DNA of 64,000 nucleotides from an uncultured Chloroflexia bacterium (GTDB lineage Bacteria; Chloroflexota; Limnocylindria; Limnocylindrales; CSP1-4): NCBI GenBank assembly GCA_963720755.1, contig CAVRGP010000013.1, positions 163,369 to 227,368 of the forward strand, read 5' to 3'. Shown piece by piece: positions 19,182 to 29,460 of this stretch (position 1 is its first letter; each line of letters starts with the position of its first letter). The notes under the pieces were generated by a model. It saw only the letters and a program-made list of their open reading frames with translations, ran no database searches and was not told where the DNA came from. The position numbers and the translations under genes were made by a program.

Positions 19182-19735
19182 CCGTCCCCCCGATCCGAAC
19201 GGCTCGGTTCGAACTCGTGTCGATGTCGATGGCGTTCATGCAGGCGCTGGTCGCCCGCGATCTGCCAGCCGCCGAGGTCGAGATCGGCGCCATCGTCCCG
19301 GACGACCTGCCCGAAACCCTCGATCACTTCCTGCAGTACCGCATCGCCGACATGACCGCGGATCCTGCGGCCCGACCGTGGCTGGGCCGGGCCATCGTCA
19401 CCGAAGCGCCAGACGGAACGCGACGGATCGTCGGGTCATGCGGGTTCCACTCGCCGCCCGAGCCGGACGGTCGGGTCGAGGTCGGCTATCGGGTCGAGCC
19501 CGGTCATCGCCGTCAGGGCATCGCTTCCGAGGTCGTCCGCGCGCTCTTCGACTGGGCGCACGAGCAGGGGGTCGACCGCTTCCGCGCGTCCGTCTCGCCG
19601 GACAACGTGGCGTCGCTGGCGGTCATCGGCCGGCTCGGCTTCCGGCAGACCGGCGTCCAGATGGACGACATCGACGGCGAAGAGCTCGTGTTCGAGCTCG
19701 ATGGCTGGCCACCAGCGGACACCGACGATGCCTGA
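19178..19735 (+). CDS. GNAT family N-acetyltransferase
   Basis: ATG overlaps the cbs stop (ATGA). Acetyl-CoA-binding motif (RRQGIASEVVRALFDWA). Confidence 0.65.
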   Translation: MTVPPIRTARFELVSMSMAFMQALVARDLPAAEVEIGAIVPDDLPETLDHFLQYRIADMTADPAARPWLGRAIVTEAPDGTRRIVGSCGFHSPPEPDGRVEVGYRVEPGHRRQGIASEVVRALFDWAHEQGVDRFRASVSPDNVASLAVIGRLGFRQTGVQMDDIDGEELVFELDGWPPADTDDA

Positions 19736-20879
19736 CGGGCCCCGCGACCCCAGCTTCGAGACGTTGGCGGTCCACGCCGGCGCGGAGCCCGATGAGCTGA
19801 CCGGGGCGGTCGCGCCGCCCATCTTCCAGACCTCGACCTACGCCCAGGACGGGGTGGGGAAGCCGCGTCGCGGGTACGAATATGCCCGCTCGCAGAACCC
19901 GACGCGCGAGCGGCTCGAACGGGCGGTCGCGGCGCTCGAGGGCGGGCGTCATGGGATCGCCTTCGCATCCGGGTCGGCGGTGACCGCGGCCCTTGCCGAG
20001 CTGGCTGCATCCGGCGACGAGATCCTCGTCGGTGACGACGTCTACGGCGGGACGTTCCGGTACCTCGAACGAGTTCGTCGCGCGGCCGGGGTGGACACGC
20101 GGTACGTCGATCTCGCTTCGGGGCAGGACGGCCTGTGGGAGGCGTTGAACGAGCGAACGCGTCTGGTCTGGTTCGAAACGCCGACCAACCCCAACCTCAA
20201 GGTCGTCGATATCGCCGCGACCGTGGCGACCGTTGCGCGCCGGGGCACCGAGGGAGGGCGACGGCCGCTCGTCGTGGTCGACAACACGTTCGCCTCGCCG
20301 GCACTCCAGCGACCACTCGAACTCGGCGCCGATGTCGTGTTCCACTCGGCCACCAAGTACCTGGCCGGGCACTCCGACACGATCGTCGGCGTGGCGGCGA
20401 CCTCGGACCAGGCCGTCGCCGATCGCCTCCGTTTCCTCCAGAATGCGATGGGCGGCGTGCCAGGACCGCTCGATTGCTTCCTCGTCCTCCGCGGCCTGCG
20501 GACGCTCCATCTCCGGATGGAGCGGCATACCGCCAACGCCCAGGCGATCCTGGCGTTCCTGCGCGGTCGCTCCGACGTCGAGGGGATCCGCTATCCCGGC
20601 TTCGGTGGGATGCTGTCCTTCGTGCCGGTCGGCGGCGGGGCGCATGATCGTATGGCGGCGGAGCGGGCGGTCGCCATCGCCGAAGGGACCCGCCTCTTCA
20701 CCCTGGCCGAGTCGCTTGGCGGCGTGGAATCGCTGATCGAAGTCCCGGCTGCGATGACCCATCTGTCCGTCGCCGGTTCCGCACTCGAGGTGGATCCGGC
20801 GCTCGTCCGCCTGTCGGTCGGGATCGAGGGCGTCGATGACCTGATCGCCGACCTGGCGGCCGCGCTCGACCGGGCCTGA
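19728..20879 (+). CDS. Cystathionine gamma-lyase/gamma-synthase family PLP enzyme (MetB/MetC/CGL)
   Basis: Start at the internal ATG overlapping the GNAT stop. Cys/Met-metabolism PLP family with PLP-Lys (SATKYLAGHSD). Confidence 0.8.
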   Translation: MPDGPRDPSFETLAVHAGAEPDELTGAVAPPIFQTSTYAQDGVGKPRRGYEYARSQNPTRERLERAVAALEGGRHGIAFASGSAVTAALAELAASGDEILVGDDVYGGTFRYLERVRRAAGVDTRYVDLASGQDGLWEALNERTRLVWFETPTNPNLKVVDIAATVATVARRGTEGGRRPLVVVDNTFASPALQRPLELGADVVFHSATKYLAGHSDTIVGVAATSDQAVADRLRFLQNAMGGVPGPLDCFLVLRGLRTLHLRMERHTANAQAILAFLRGRSDVEGIRYPGFGGMLSFVPVGGGAHDRMAAERAVAIAEGTRLFTLAESLGGVESLIEVPAAMTHLSVAGSALEVDPALVRLSVGIEGVDDLIADLAAALDRA

Positions 20880-21031
20880 GCCTGCATCGCAATCTCGCCG
20901 CAACCGTCCCGCAACGTGGTAGCATCGCGCCAATACGACTGCGGAAGCCGACTCCTGCGACTCTCGAGTACGCATCACGCGCGGCCGGTCGATCGGACCG
21001 TGATCGCCCGTGCAGCTGGAGTCCACCGCCG

Positions 21032-22612
21032 ATGTCCACCACCGCACCCGTCAAACCTGATGCCCTGGGCCGGTCGGTCTGGGCCGATCGATCTGTCGCC
21101 GAACTGTATGAGGACGCCATCCGCCATGGCGAGGGCCTCGTCGCCGCCGACGGCCCATTGGTCGTCCGGACCGGCAAGCACACCGGTCGGTCACCCCAGG
21201 ACAAGTTCATCGTCGATGAGCCGTCGAGTCGCGATGCGATCTGGTGGGGACCGGTCAACCGACCCATCAGCGAGGCGCATTACGACCGCCTTCGAGCTCG
21301 TCTGGTCGACTACGTCGAGAGCCGGGATCTGTACCGCCAGGACTGCCTGATCGGCGCCGCGCCGGCGCACCAGCGTGCGCTGCGGGTCTACACCGAGACC
21401 GCCTGGGCGAGCATCTTCGCCCGCAACCTGTTCCGCCGCCCCACGCCCGAGCAGTCGGCGGGATTCGTCCCGAACTTCACGATCATCTGCGTCCCGTCGT
21501 TCAAGGCCGATCCAGAAACCGAAGGCACTCGGACCGGGACGGCGATCCTCGTCCATCTCGGCCGGATGGAGGTCCTGATCGTCGGTACCGAATATGCCGG
21601 CGAGATCAAGAAGAGCGCCTTCACGGTCATGAACTACCTCATGCCGGCCGAGGGCGTCCTGCCGATGCATTCGGCCATCAACGTCGGCACGTCGGGTGAC
21701 GCTGCGGTGTTCTTCGGCCTGTCCGGGACGGGCAAGACGACCTTGTCGGCCGATCCGCTGCGCAGCCTCATCGGCGACGACGAGCACGGCTGGGGCGACG
21801 GCGTGACCTTCAACTTCGAGGGTGGTTGCTACGCCAAGACGATCCGGCTGTCGCCGATGTACGAGCCGGACATCTTCGCCACGACCCGTCGGTTCGGGAC
21901 GGTCCTCGAGAACGTCGACCTCGATCCGCGTACGCGTGAGCTGGACCTCGATTCGGAACGGATCACCGAGAACACCCGTGGCGCCTATCCGCTCGAGTAC
22001 ATCGGCAATGCCGACCCGACCGGGATCGCCGGCTCGCCGAAGGCTGTCGTCTTCCTGACGGCCGATGCGTTCGGTGTCCTGCCACCGATCTCGCGCCTGA
22101 CCCGAGAGCAGGCCGCATATCACTTCATCAGCGGCTATACGGCCAAGCTCGCCGGCACGGAGGTCGGGGTCAAGGAACCGACGGCGACGTTCTCGGCCTG
22201 TTTCGGGGCGCCATTCATGCCTCGTCACCCAGGCGAATACGCGGACATGCTCGTGGATCGCCTCCAGCGCGACGACGTGCCGGTCTGGTTGATCAACACT
22301 GGCTGGACCGGCGGACCGTACGGGACCGGCGAGCGGATGGATATCGGCCATACCCGAGCGATGGTCCGAGCCGCCCTCGACGGCGCGCTCGACGACACCC
22401 CGACGCGCCTCGACCCGACGTTCGGCGTGGCGATCCCCCTCACCGTCCCCGATGTGCCCAACCAGTATCTCGACCCGCGTTCGACGTGGGCCGACCCGGA
22501 CGCCTACGATCTGGCGGCAGCCAGGCTCGCCACGATGTTCCGTGACAACTTCGAGGCCTACGCCGACGGCGTGGACCCGGCGATCGCCGCCGCTGGTCCG
22601 GTCTCCGCCTGA
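21032..22612 (+). CDS. pckA: Phosphoenolpyruvate carboxykinase (ATP)
   Basis: ATP-type PEPCK P-loop (GLSGTGKTTLS) and kinase-1a region, 526 aa. Confidence 0.9.
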   Translation: MSTTAPVKPDALGRSVWADRSVAELYEDAIRHGEGLVAADGPLVVRTGKHTGRSPQDKFIVDEPSSRDAIWWGPVNRPISEAHYDRLRARLVDYVESRDLYRQDCLIGAAPAHQRALRVYTETAWASIFARNLFRRPTPEQSAGFVPNFTIICVPSFKADPETEGTRTGTAILVHLGRMEVLIVGTEYAGEIKKSAFTVMNYLMPAEGVLPMHSAINVGTSGDAAVFFGLSGTGKTTLSADPLRSLIGDDEHGWGDGVTFNFEGGCYAKTIRLSPMYEPDIFATTRRFGTVLENVDLDPRTRELDLDSERITENTRGAYPLEYIGNADPTGIAGSPKAVVFLTADAFGVLPPISRLTREQAAYHFISGYTAKLAGTEVGVKEPTATFSACFGAPFMPRHPGEYADMLVDRLQRDDVPVWLINTGWTGGPYGTGERMDIGHTRAMVRAALDGALDDTPTRLDPTFGVAIPLTVPDVPNQYLDPRSTWADPDAYDLAAARLATMFRDNFEAYADGVDPAIAAAGPVSA

Positions 22613-23581
<969 letters not shown>

Positions 23582-23593
23582 CGGCAGCGAGCG

Positions 23594-24022
23594 TCAGGAC
23601 GGCTTCTCGCAGCGGCGGATGTCGGTGAGGCCAGACCCGCGGTAGTCGAAGGTCGCTCCGGCGGCCGTGCCGACGACCTTCCAGCCATCGACCGGGATCT
23701 GCGTGTAGGCCATCCCGGGTTGCGGGCAGCCAAGGCTGCCGTCCGGGTAGGTCACCGCTTCGCCCGAGATGATGGTGACGTCGCTCGCTGAGACGCCGGC
23801 ATCCTTGGCGATCTCCACCTTGACGGCCGCGATGATCGGGGCCGGCAAGTCGATCGTACCCGCGCTCGGGCTTGGGCTGCCCCCCGGGATGATCGACGGT
23901 TGGTCCGAGGCGACCGAGAACGATGGAGTGGGGCTCACCGCCGGCGACGGCGATGACGCGGCAGCCGAACAGCCGGCCACGAACAGGAATGCGGCAAGCA
24001 GGCCGACGTGGGTGATCTTCAT
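23594..24022 (-). CDS. Small secreted lipoprotein (142 aa) of unknown function
   Basis: Only the C-terminal 142 codons of table ORF 23594..25171 look like a real gene: signal peptide plus lipobox (LLAAFLFVAGCS), Pro/Ser linker, then a small domain with two Cys. Confidence 0.5.
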   Translation of the reverse strand: MKITHVGLLAAFLFVAGCSAAASSPSPAVSPTPSFSVASDQPSIIPGGSPSPSAGTIDLPAPIIAAVKVEIAKDAGVSASDVTIISGEAVTYPDGSLGCPQPGMAYTQIPVDGWKVVGTAAGATFDYRGSGLTDIRRCEKPS

Positions 24023-24028
24023 GGGTCG

Positions 24029-25087
24029 ATGGTAGCGCGCCGCCGGTCTCGCGGGCCGTGGCCGGACCTGATCGTGCATGCGGTGGGACCTCCATGGGTT
24101 GGGCATCCCAAAGACGCGACCGGCGTCGCACCGGTTCCGTCGAGCCAGCGGGCGGGCGGGGCAACCTTCGATACACTCACCCCCGTGCTCCTCGCGGTCG
24201 TGACCTTCCAATTCGATCCCTACGCCCACATCCTCGACGGCGTGGACGTCCTGTGGGGTTCGATCGCGCTGGCCGCCACGATCGCGGCCGCGCTGATCCT
24301 GGCCGGTCTCCTGGCCCGCGCCGAACGTCTTCGAGCCGATGACGTCCTGTTCATCGCCATCGGGATCGTGCCGGGCGCCGTCATCGCCGGCCGGCTGGGG
24401 TTCCTGCTGGTCCACGCCGACAGCTACGGGGCCGATCCGGGCGCGTTGATCGATCCAGCGCGCGGTGGGCTGGATCTTGCGCTCGCCGTCGTTGGCGGCC
24501 TGCTGACCGGTGCATACGTGGCCCGACTCCTCGGCGCGCCGGTCCGACGATGGCTTCACCTGGCGGTCGCACCGGTCCTGCTCGTGCTGGGCGTCGGCAA
24601 GCTCACCATGGTCCTGACCGGAACGGGTCAGGGGCTGCCGAACGCGGGCGTGACGGCGACCGCGTATCTCGGGCCCGGGCCCTGGGGCTCGCTCCTGCCG
24701 GCGCTCCCGTCTGATCCATCGCAGGCGTTCGAAGGGATCGCGACCCTGGCGATCCTGATCGCCTTGACATTGGCATCGGCGCTCGGCGCCTTCGGTCGCC
24801 ATGACGGGCGCCTGTTCTTCGTCGCGATCGGCCTGTGGGCGCTGGCACGAGCGTTCGTGTCCACCACCTGGCGGGACCCGGCTGTCGTGGCCGGTCTGAG
24901 TGCTGGAGGATTGCTGTCGCTCGCCATTGCGATCGGTTGCGCGGTCGTCCTCATCGCCATGACGCTCCGGCCGGGAACGGCGGGATCGGCAGGGATCGAG
25001 GGCGCCGACGGTCGTGCGGGCGCCGACGACGCCGGGGCGGAGGCCCTGGTCACCTGGCCCGATCCGGAGTCCCAGCGGCCGTTCTGA
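24029..25087 (+). CDS. Polytopic membrane protein, possibly a divergent Lgt-like paralog; start uncertain
   Basis: Multiple TM helices. Segment GAVIAGRLGFLL...PARGGLDLALAVVGG loosely resembles the Lgt G-x-R-L-G / GG motifs. Canonical Lgt catalytic signature is not evident. Confidence 0.3.
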   Translation: MVARRRSRGPWPDLIVHAVGPPWVGHPKDATGVAPVPSSQRAGGATFDTLTPVLLAVVTFQFDPYAHILDGVDVLWGSIALAATIAAALILAGLLARAERLRADDVLFIAIGIVPGAVIAGRLGFLLVHADSYGADPGALIDPARGGLDLALAVVGGLLTGAYVARLLGAPVRRWLHLAVAPVLLVLGVGKLTMVLTGTGQGLPNAGVTATAYLGPGPWGSLLPALPSDPSQAFEGIATLAILIALTLASALGAFGRHDGRLFFVAIGLWALARAFVSTTWRDPAVVAGLSAGGLLSLAIAIGCAVVLIAMTLRPGTAGSAGIEGADGRAGADDAGAEALVTWPDPESQRPF

Positions 25088-25157
25088 CCTTGGTGGCCGC
25101 CCACGGACCTGGGCGGCTCGCGGTATCGTGGCGCTACCCATCAAGAGGTCCGAACCG

Positions 25158-26699
25158 ATGACACAGACCACAGCACCAGGCAGCCGCGACGTGACCGGGC
25201 TCGAGGCCGGCAGGGTCAGCCACTGGATCGAGGGACGGACCGTCGCCGGGACGTCCGGACGCGAAGGCCCGGTGTACGACCCCGCGACCGGTCAGGTGAC
25301 CCGGCAGGTCGACTTCGCGTCCGTGGAGGAAGTGGGGCTCGCCGTGGCGGCGGCCAAGGCAGCTTTTCCCGTCTGGCGCTCGACCTCGCTGTCCAAGCGG
25401 ACCGACATCATGTTCAAGATCAGGAACCTGGTCGAGGCGAACCGCAAGGAGATCGCGGCGCTGCTGACCGCCGAGCATGGGAAGGTCCCGTCGGATGCGC
25501 TCGGCGAGATCGCCCGGGGCATCGAGAACCTCGAGTTCGCCTGCGGGATCGCCAGCCTGCTCAAGGGCGGGTACTCGGAGCAGGTCTCCGGCGGGGTCGA
25601 TGTCTACCAGATCCGACAGCCGCTCGGGGTCGTTGCCGGGATCACTCCGTTCAACTTCCCGGCCATGGTCCCCATGTGGATGTTCGCGACGGCGATCGCG
25701 GCCGGCAACACGTTCATCCTCAAGCCGTCCGAGAAGGATCCGTCGGCGGCCAACCTCCTGGCCGGGCTGCTGGCCGAGGCCGGCGTCCCGGATGGGGTCT
25801 TCAACGTCGTGCACGGCGACAAGATCGCCGTCGATGCCATCCTCGCGCATCCGGACGTCGCCGCAGTGTCATTCGTCGGTTCCACGCCGATCGCCCGCTA
25901 CATCTACGAGACCGGGACGAAGGCCGGCAAACGCGTCCAGGCGCTCGGTGGGGCCAAGAACCACATGATCGTCCTGCCCGACGCCGACGTCGAGATGGCC
26001 GCGGACGCGGCGGTCTCGGCCGGCTACGGCTCGGCCGGCGAGCGGTGCATGGCGATCGCGACGATCGTGGCGGTCGGTGCGATCGCGGACCCTCTCGTCG
26101 AGGCGATCAAAGTCCGCCTGCCCAGGATCAATGTCGGACCGGGCACGGATGCCACGGCCGAGATGGGTCCGCTGGTCACCCGCCAGCATCGGGACAAGGT
26201 TGCCTCGTACCTCGACAGCGGCCCGGCCCAGGGTGCCACGGTCGTCGCCGATGGCCGGGAGCACCCGCTCTACGACAGCTCCGACGGGTTCTTCCTGGGC
26301 GTTTCGCTGATCGATCACGTGACCCCGGCGATGGATGCCTATCGCGACGAGATCTTCGGCCCGGTCCTGACGGTGATGCGGGTCGACACCTACGACGAGG
26401 CCGTCAAGCTCATCAACGACAACCCCTACGGCAACGGCACGGCGATCTTCACCCGTGACGGCGGCGCGGCGCGCCAGTTCCAGTTCGACGTGAACGCCGG
26501 GATGGTCGGGATCAACGTGCCGATCCCGGTCCCCGTGTCCTACTACAGTTTCGGCGGTTGGAAGAGCTCGCTCTTCGGCGACTTGCACATGTACGGGCCG
26601 GAGGGCGTCCAGTTCTATACCCGGGCCAAGATCGTGACGGCACGTTGGCCGGATCCCGGGACGAGCAAGATCGACCTCGGCTTCCCGCGGACGCGCTAG
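25158..26699 (+). CDS. mmsA: Methylmalonate-semialdehyde / malonate-semialdehyde dehydrogenase (CoA-acylating)
   Basis: ATG preceded by AAGAGG. MmsA-type ALDH motifs (ITPFNFPAMVPMWMFATAIAAGNTFILKPSEKDP, catalytic Cys in GERCMA). Confidence 0.85.
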   Translation: MTQTTAPGSRDVTGLEAGRVSHWIEGRTVAGTSGREGPVYDPATGQVTRQVDFASVEEVGLAVAAAKAAFPVWRSTSLSKRTDIMFKIRNLVEANRKEIAALLTAEHGKVPSDALGEIARGIENLEFACGIASLLKGGYSEQVSGGVDVYQIRQPLGVVAGITPFNFPAMVPMWMFATAIAAGNTFILKPSEKDPSAANLLAGLLAEAGVPDGVFNVVHGDKIAVDAILAHPDVAAVSFVGSTPIARYIYETGTKAGKRVQALGGAKNHMIVLPDADVEMAADAAVSAGYGSAGERCMAIATIVAVGAIADPLVEAIKVRLPRINVGPGTDATAEMGPLVTRQHRDKVASYLDSGPAQGATVVADGREHPLYDSSDGFFLGVSLIDHVTPAMDAYRDEIFGPVLTVMRVDTYDEAVKLINDNPYGNGTAIFTRDGGAARQFQFDVNAGMVGINVPIPVPVSYYSFGGWKSSLFGDLHMYGPEGVQFYTRAKIVTARWPDPGTSKIDLGFPRTR

Positions 26700-26719
26700 G
26701 GGCGATCACACCGGCCAGG

Positions 26720-27634
26720 TCAGGCGAGGATGTCGGCGAGCGCCGCGATCTCCGCCGGTCCCGTCCCGCAGCAACCGCCCAGCCAGGTCGCCCCGAGATC
26801 CGGCCACGAACCGACGACGTCGGGGTCAAACCGGCCGCCGTCATCGGCCACCCACCGCCGGCGCATTGGATCCCAGCGGTCACCGCCGTTCGGGTAGGCG
26901 ATCAACGGCCGCACGGTCGCCGTGCGAGCGCTTGCCAGGAGGCCGGGCAGGTGGCGCGGCGCGGTGCAGTTAACGCCGACCGCGACGATCCGCGGGTGCG
27001 CCCCGAGCGCCACGGCCTGCTCGATCGGATCGCCGGCCGACGTCGTCGCCGCGTCCCGGCACGAATAGCTGAGCCAGGCCGGGCAGTCGAACTCGTCGAG
27101 CAGTCCCACGAGTACCTCCGCTTCGCGGATGGTCGGGATCGTCTCGAAGGCGAAGAGGTCGACGCCCGCCTCGACCAGCGCTTCCATCCTGGGACGATGG
27201 AACGCGGCCAGCGCCGCCGTCGAGACGTCGTAGTCGCCGCGGTATTCGGACCCATCGGCCAGCATGGCGCCATACGGCCCGACCGAGCCGGCGATCAAGA
27301 TCGGATCCGGCCGGCCGGTCTCGTCCCGGAAGCGCACCCGAGCCCGATCCGCAAGCTCGACGCTCAGTTTGATCAACTCAAGGGCCTGCCGTCGGTCCAG
27401 ACCGGCGCCCTCGAACCCCTCGACGGTCGCCTGGTAGCTGGCCGTGGTGGCCACGATCGCTCCGGCCCGAAAATACGCCAGGTGGACGTCCTCGATCGCA
27501 TCCGGATCCGTCTGGAGCAGGCGGGCCGACCAGAGGTGGTCCGACAGATCGTGGCCGCGAGCCATCAACTCCGTCGCCAGCCCGCCGTCGAGGACGACGA
27601 CGTCGTCCGGGGCGGGCCATGCTGACGGGTTCAC
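26720..27634 (-). CDS. Homocysteine S-methyltransferase (MmuM/BHMT family)
   Basis: Zn-ligand motifs (GVNCTAP, GGCCGTGP). Probable GTG start one nucleotide downstream of the hydantoinase stop. The table ORF extends further but would overlap the upstream gene by 77 nt. Confidence 0.7.
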   Translation of the reverse strand: MNPSAWPAPDDVVVLDGGLATELMARGHDLSDHLWSARLLQTDPDAIEDVHLAYFRAGAIVATTASYQATVEGFEGAGLDRRQALELIKLSVELADRARVRFRDETGRPDPILIAGSVGPYGAMLADGSEYRGDYDVSTAALAAFHRPRMEALVEAGVDLFAFETIPTIREAEVLVGLLDEFDCPAWLSYSCRDAATTSAGDPIEQAVALGAHPRIVAVGVNCTAPRHLPGLLASARTATVRPLIAYPNGGDRWDPMRRRWVADDGGRFDPDVVGSWPDLGATWLGGCCGTGPAEIAALADILA

Positions 27635-27635
27635 A

Positions 27636-29030
27636 TCAGTGCGTTCGGACGTAGTCGGCGGGGGAGCGCCTGATGAATCGGCCGTGGCCCCGCCGGCCGG
27701 TGAACTCGCCACCGCGCACGATCACGTCGCCGCGCGACAGGACGAGATCGCTGGCACCCTGCACGGTCCGACCCTCGTAGCACGAGTAGTCCACGTCCAT
27801 GTGGTGGCTCGCGGCCGAGATCACGCGCGTGCGGTTCGGGTCGTAGACGACGAGATCGGCGTCCGAGCCGACCGCGATGGTCCCCTTTTGCGGGTACATC
27901 CCGAACAGCTTGGCCGGTGCCGTCGAGATGATCTCGACCCACCGTTCCCTCGTGATCCGGCCACCAACGACGCCACCATCGTGGAGCAGGTCCACCCGGT
28001 CCTCGACGCCCGGCAGCCCGTTCGGGACCTTGCGGAAATCGCCTCGACCGAGGTCCTTCTGGCCGTGGAAGTCGAACGGACAGTGGTCTGTGGCGACGAG
28101 CTGAAGATCGTCCCGGACCAGGCCCGTCCAGAGCTCGTCCCAGTGATCCTTCGTTCGCAGAGGAGGGGAGCACACGTACTTGGCGCCCTCGAACCCGTTG
28201 CCCAGGTCGTCGAGCGACAGGAACAGGTATTGCGGACAGGTTTCGGCGAACACCTTCGAGCCACGGTCGCGGGCGTCTCGCACCGCATCGAGCGCCTCGC
28301 GCGCGGACAGGTGGACGACGTAAACGGGCGCCCCCGCCGCCTCGGCCAACCGGATCACCCGGTTCGTCGCTTCCCCTTCGAAGACGGCCAGCCGGGCCAG
28401 CCCATGGCCGATCGGATCGGTCGTGCCGCCCGCCACGGTCTGCTCGGCCACGACGTCGATCGCCATCCCGTTCTCGGCATGCATCATGATCAGCCCGCCG
28501 TTCCGGGCGGTCTGCTGCATGGCCCGGAAGATCGCCCCGTCATCGCTGTAGAAGACACCTGGATAGGCCGTGAACAGCTTGAAGTCCGGCACCCCTTCGG
28601 CCACGAGGCCGTCCATCTCCGCCAGCGTGTCGTCGTTGACGTCGCTCATGATCATGTGGAAGCCATAGTCGACGACGGCATTGCCCTCGGCCTTGGCATG
28701 CCAGGCGTCGAGACCGTCGCGCAGCGATCCGCCCCGAGACTGGACGGCGAAATCGACGATGGTCGTCGTCCCCCCGAAGGCCGCCGCCCGGGTGCCCGTC
28801 TCGAAGGTGTCCTTGGCGAACGTCCCGCCGAAGGGCAGCTCCATGTGGGTGTGGACATCGATCCCGCCCGGGATGACGTACTTGCCGGTCGCGTCGATCG
28901 ACTCGTCGGCCGTGATGGTGCTGGCCAGGTTCGCGCCGACCTGGACGATCGTCTCGCCATCGACGAGAACGTCGGCGACGGTCGATCCGTCCGCGGTGAC
29001 GATCGTCCCGCCGGTGATCAGCGTGCGCAT
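27636..29030 (-). CDS. Dihydropyrimidinase / D-hydantoinase (cyclic amidohydrolase)
   Basis: 464 aa. Metal ligands HxH (GIDVHTHM), carboxylated-Lys region (DFKLF), and C-terminal family conservation. Confidence 0.85.
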   Translation of the reverse strand: MRTLITGGTIVTADGSTVADVLVDGETIVQVGANLASTITADESIDATGKYVIPGGIDVHTHMELPFGGTFAKDTFETGTRAAAFGGTTTIVDFAVQSRGGSLRDGLDAWHAKAEGNAVVDYGFHMIMSDVNDDTLAEMDGLVAEGVPDFKLFTAYPGVFYSDDGAIFRAMQQTARNGGLIMMHAENGMAIDVVAEQTVAGGTTDPIGHGLARLAVFEGEATNRVIRLAEAAGAPVYVVHLSAREALDAVRDARDRGSKVFAETCPQYLFLSLDDLGNGFEGAKYVCSPPLRTKDHWDELWTGLVRDDLQLVATDHCPFDFHGQKDLGRGDFRKVPNGLPGVEDRVDLLHDGGVVGGRITRERWVEIISTAPAKLFGMYPQKGTIAVGSDADLVVYDPNRTRVISAASHHMDVDYSCYEGRTVQGASDLVLSRGDVIVRGGEFTGRRGHGRFIRRSPADYVRTH

Positions 29031-29147
29031 CGGTCCCTCCTTGCCAGGTCGGCGTCTGTCAGTTCAGGACCAGCATCGTAGGCGATGCGAAGGGATCGGC
29101 GCAGCGGTCGGACCCACGGGGCCCGGTCGTGTGACGGGTGAGGTGGA

Positions 29148-29333
29148 TCAGCCCAGGCCGAGGGCCGGCGCCAGCGGAGCGAGCGTTCGCAGCCAGAGCG
29201 CTCCGACCATGCCACACGCGGCGATCGCCAATCCGACCGCGAGCAGGCTTTCGGCCCGGACGCGGCGTCGGGTCCGCTTTGCCCCCAGGCCCTCCTCGCC
29301 CCACCAGGGATCACGGTTCCGTCGTCGGAGCAT
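29148..29333 (-). CDS. Possible small membrane protein (61 aa)
   Basis: Lies in a 430-nt gap between two same-strand genes. Basic N-terminus plus one hydrophobic helix. No other support. Confidence 0.2.
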   Translation of the reverse strand: MLRRRNRDPWWGEEGLGAKRTRRRVRAESLLAVGLAIAACGMVGALWLRTLAPLAPALGLG

Positions 29334-29460
29334 CGCCCACCTCCCAGACGGCCCGGCGCCGACCGTCGATCAACGGCCGGCCGCGACGGGCGGAGTCCCA
29401 TGGTCGCAAATCCCGGGTACCGTTCGCCACCCTGACATCTGGGCCATCGGCCGCTCGCGA

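Noticed and set aside
23594-25171. Full 525-aa minus-strand ORF
   Set aside because: Only the last 142 codons (signal peptide plus lipobox lipoprotein) look real. The rest is antisense to the membrane protein at 24029..25087 and compositionally junk.
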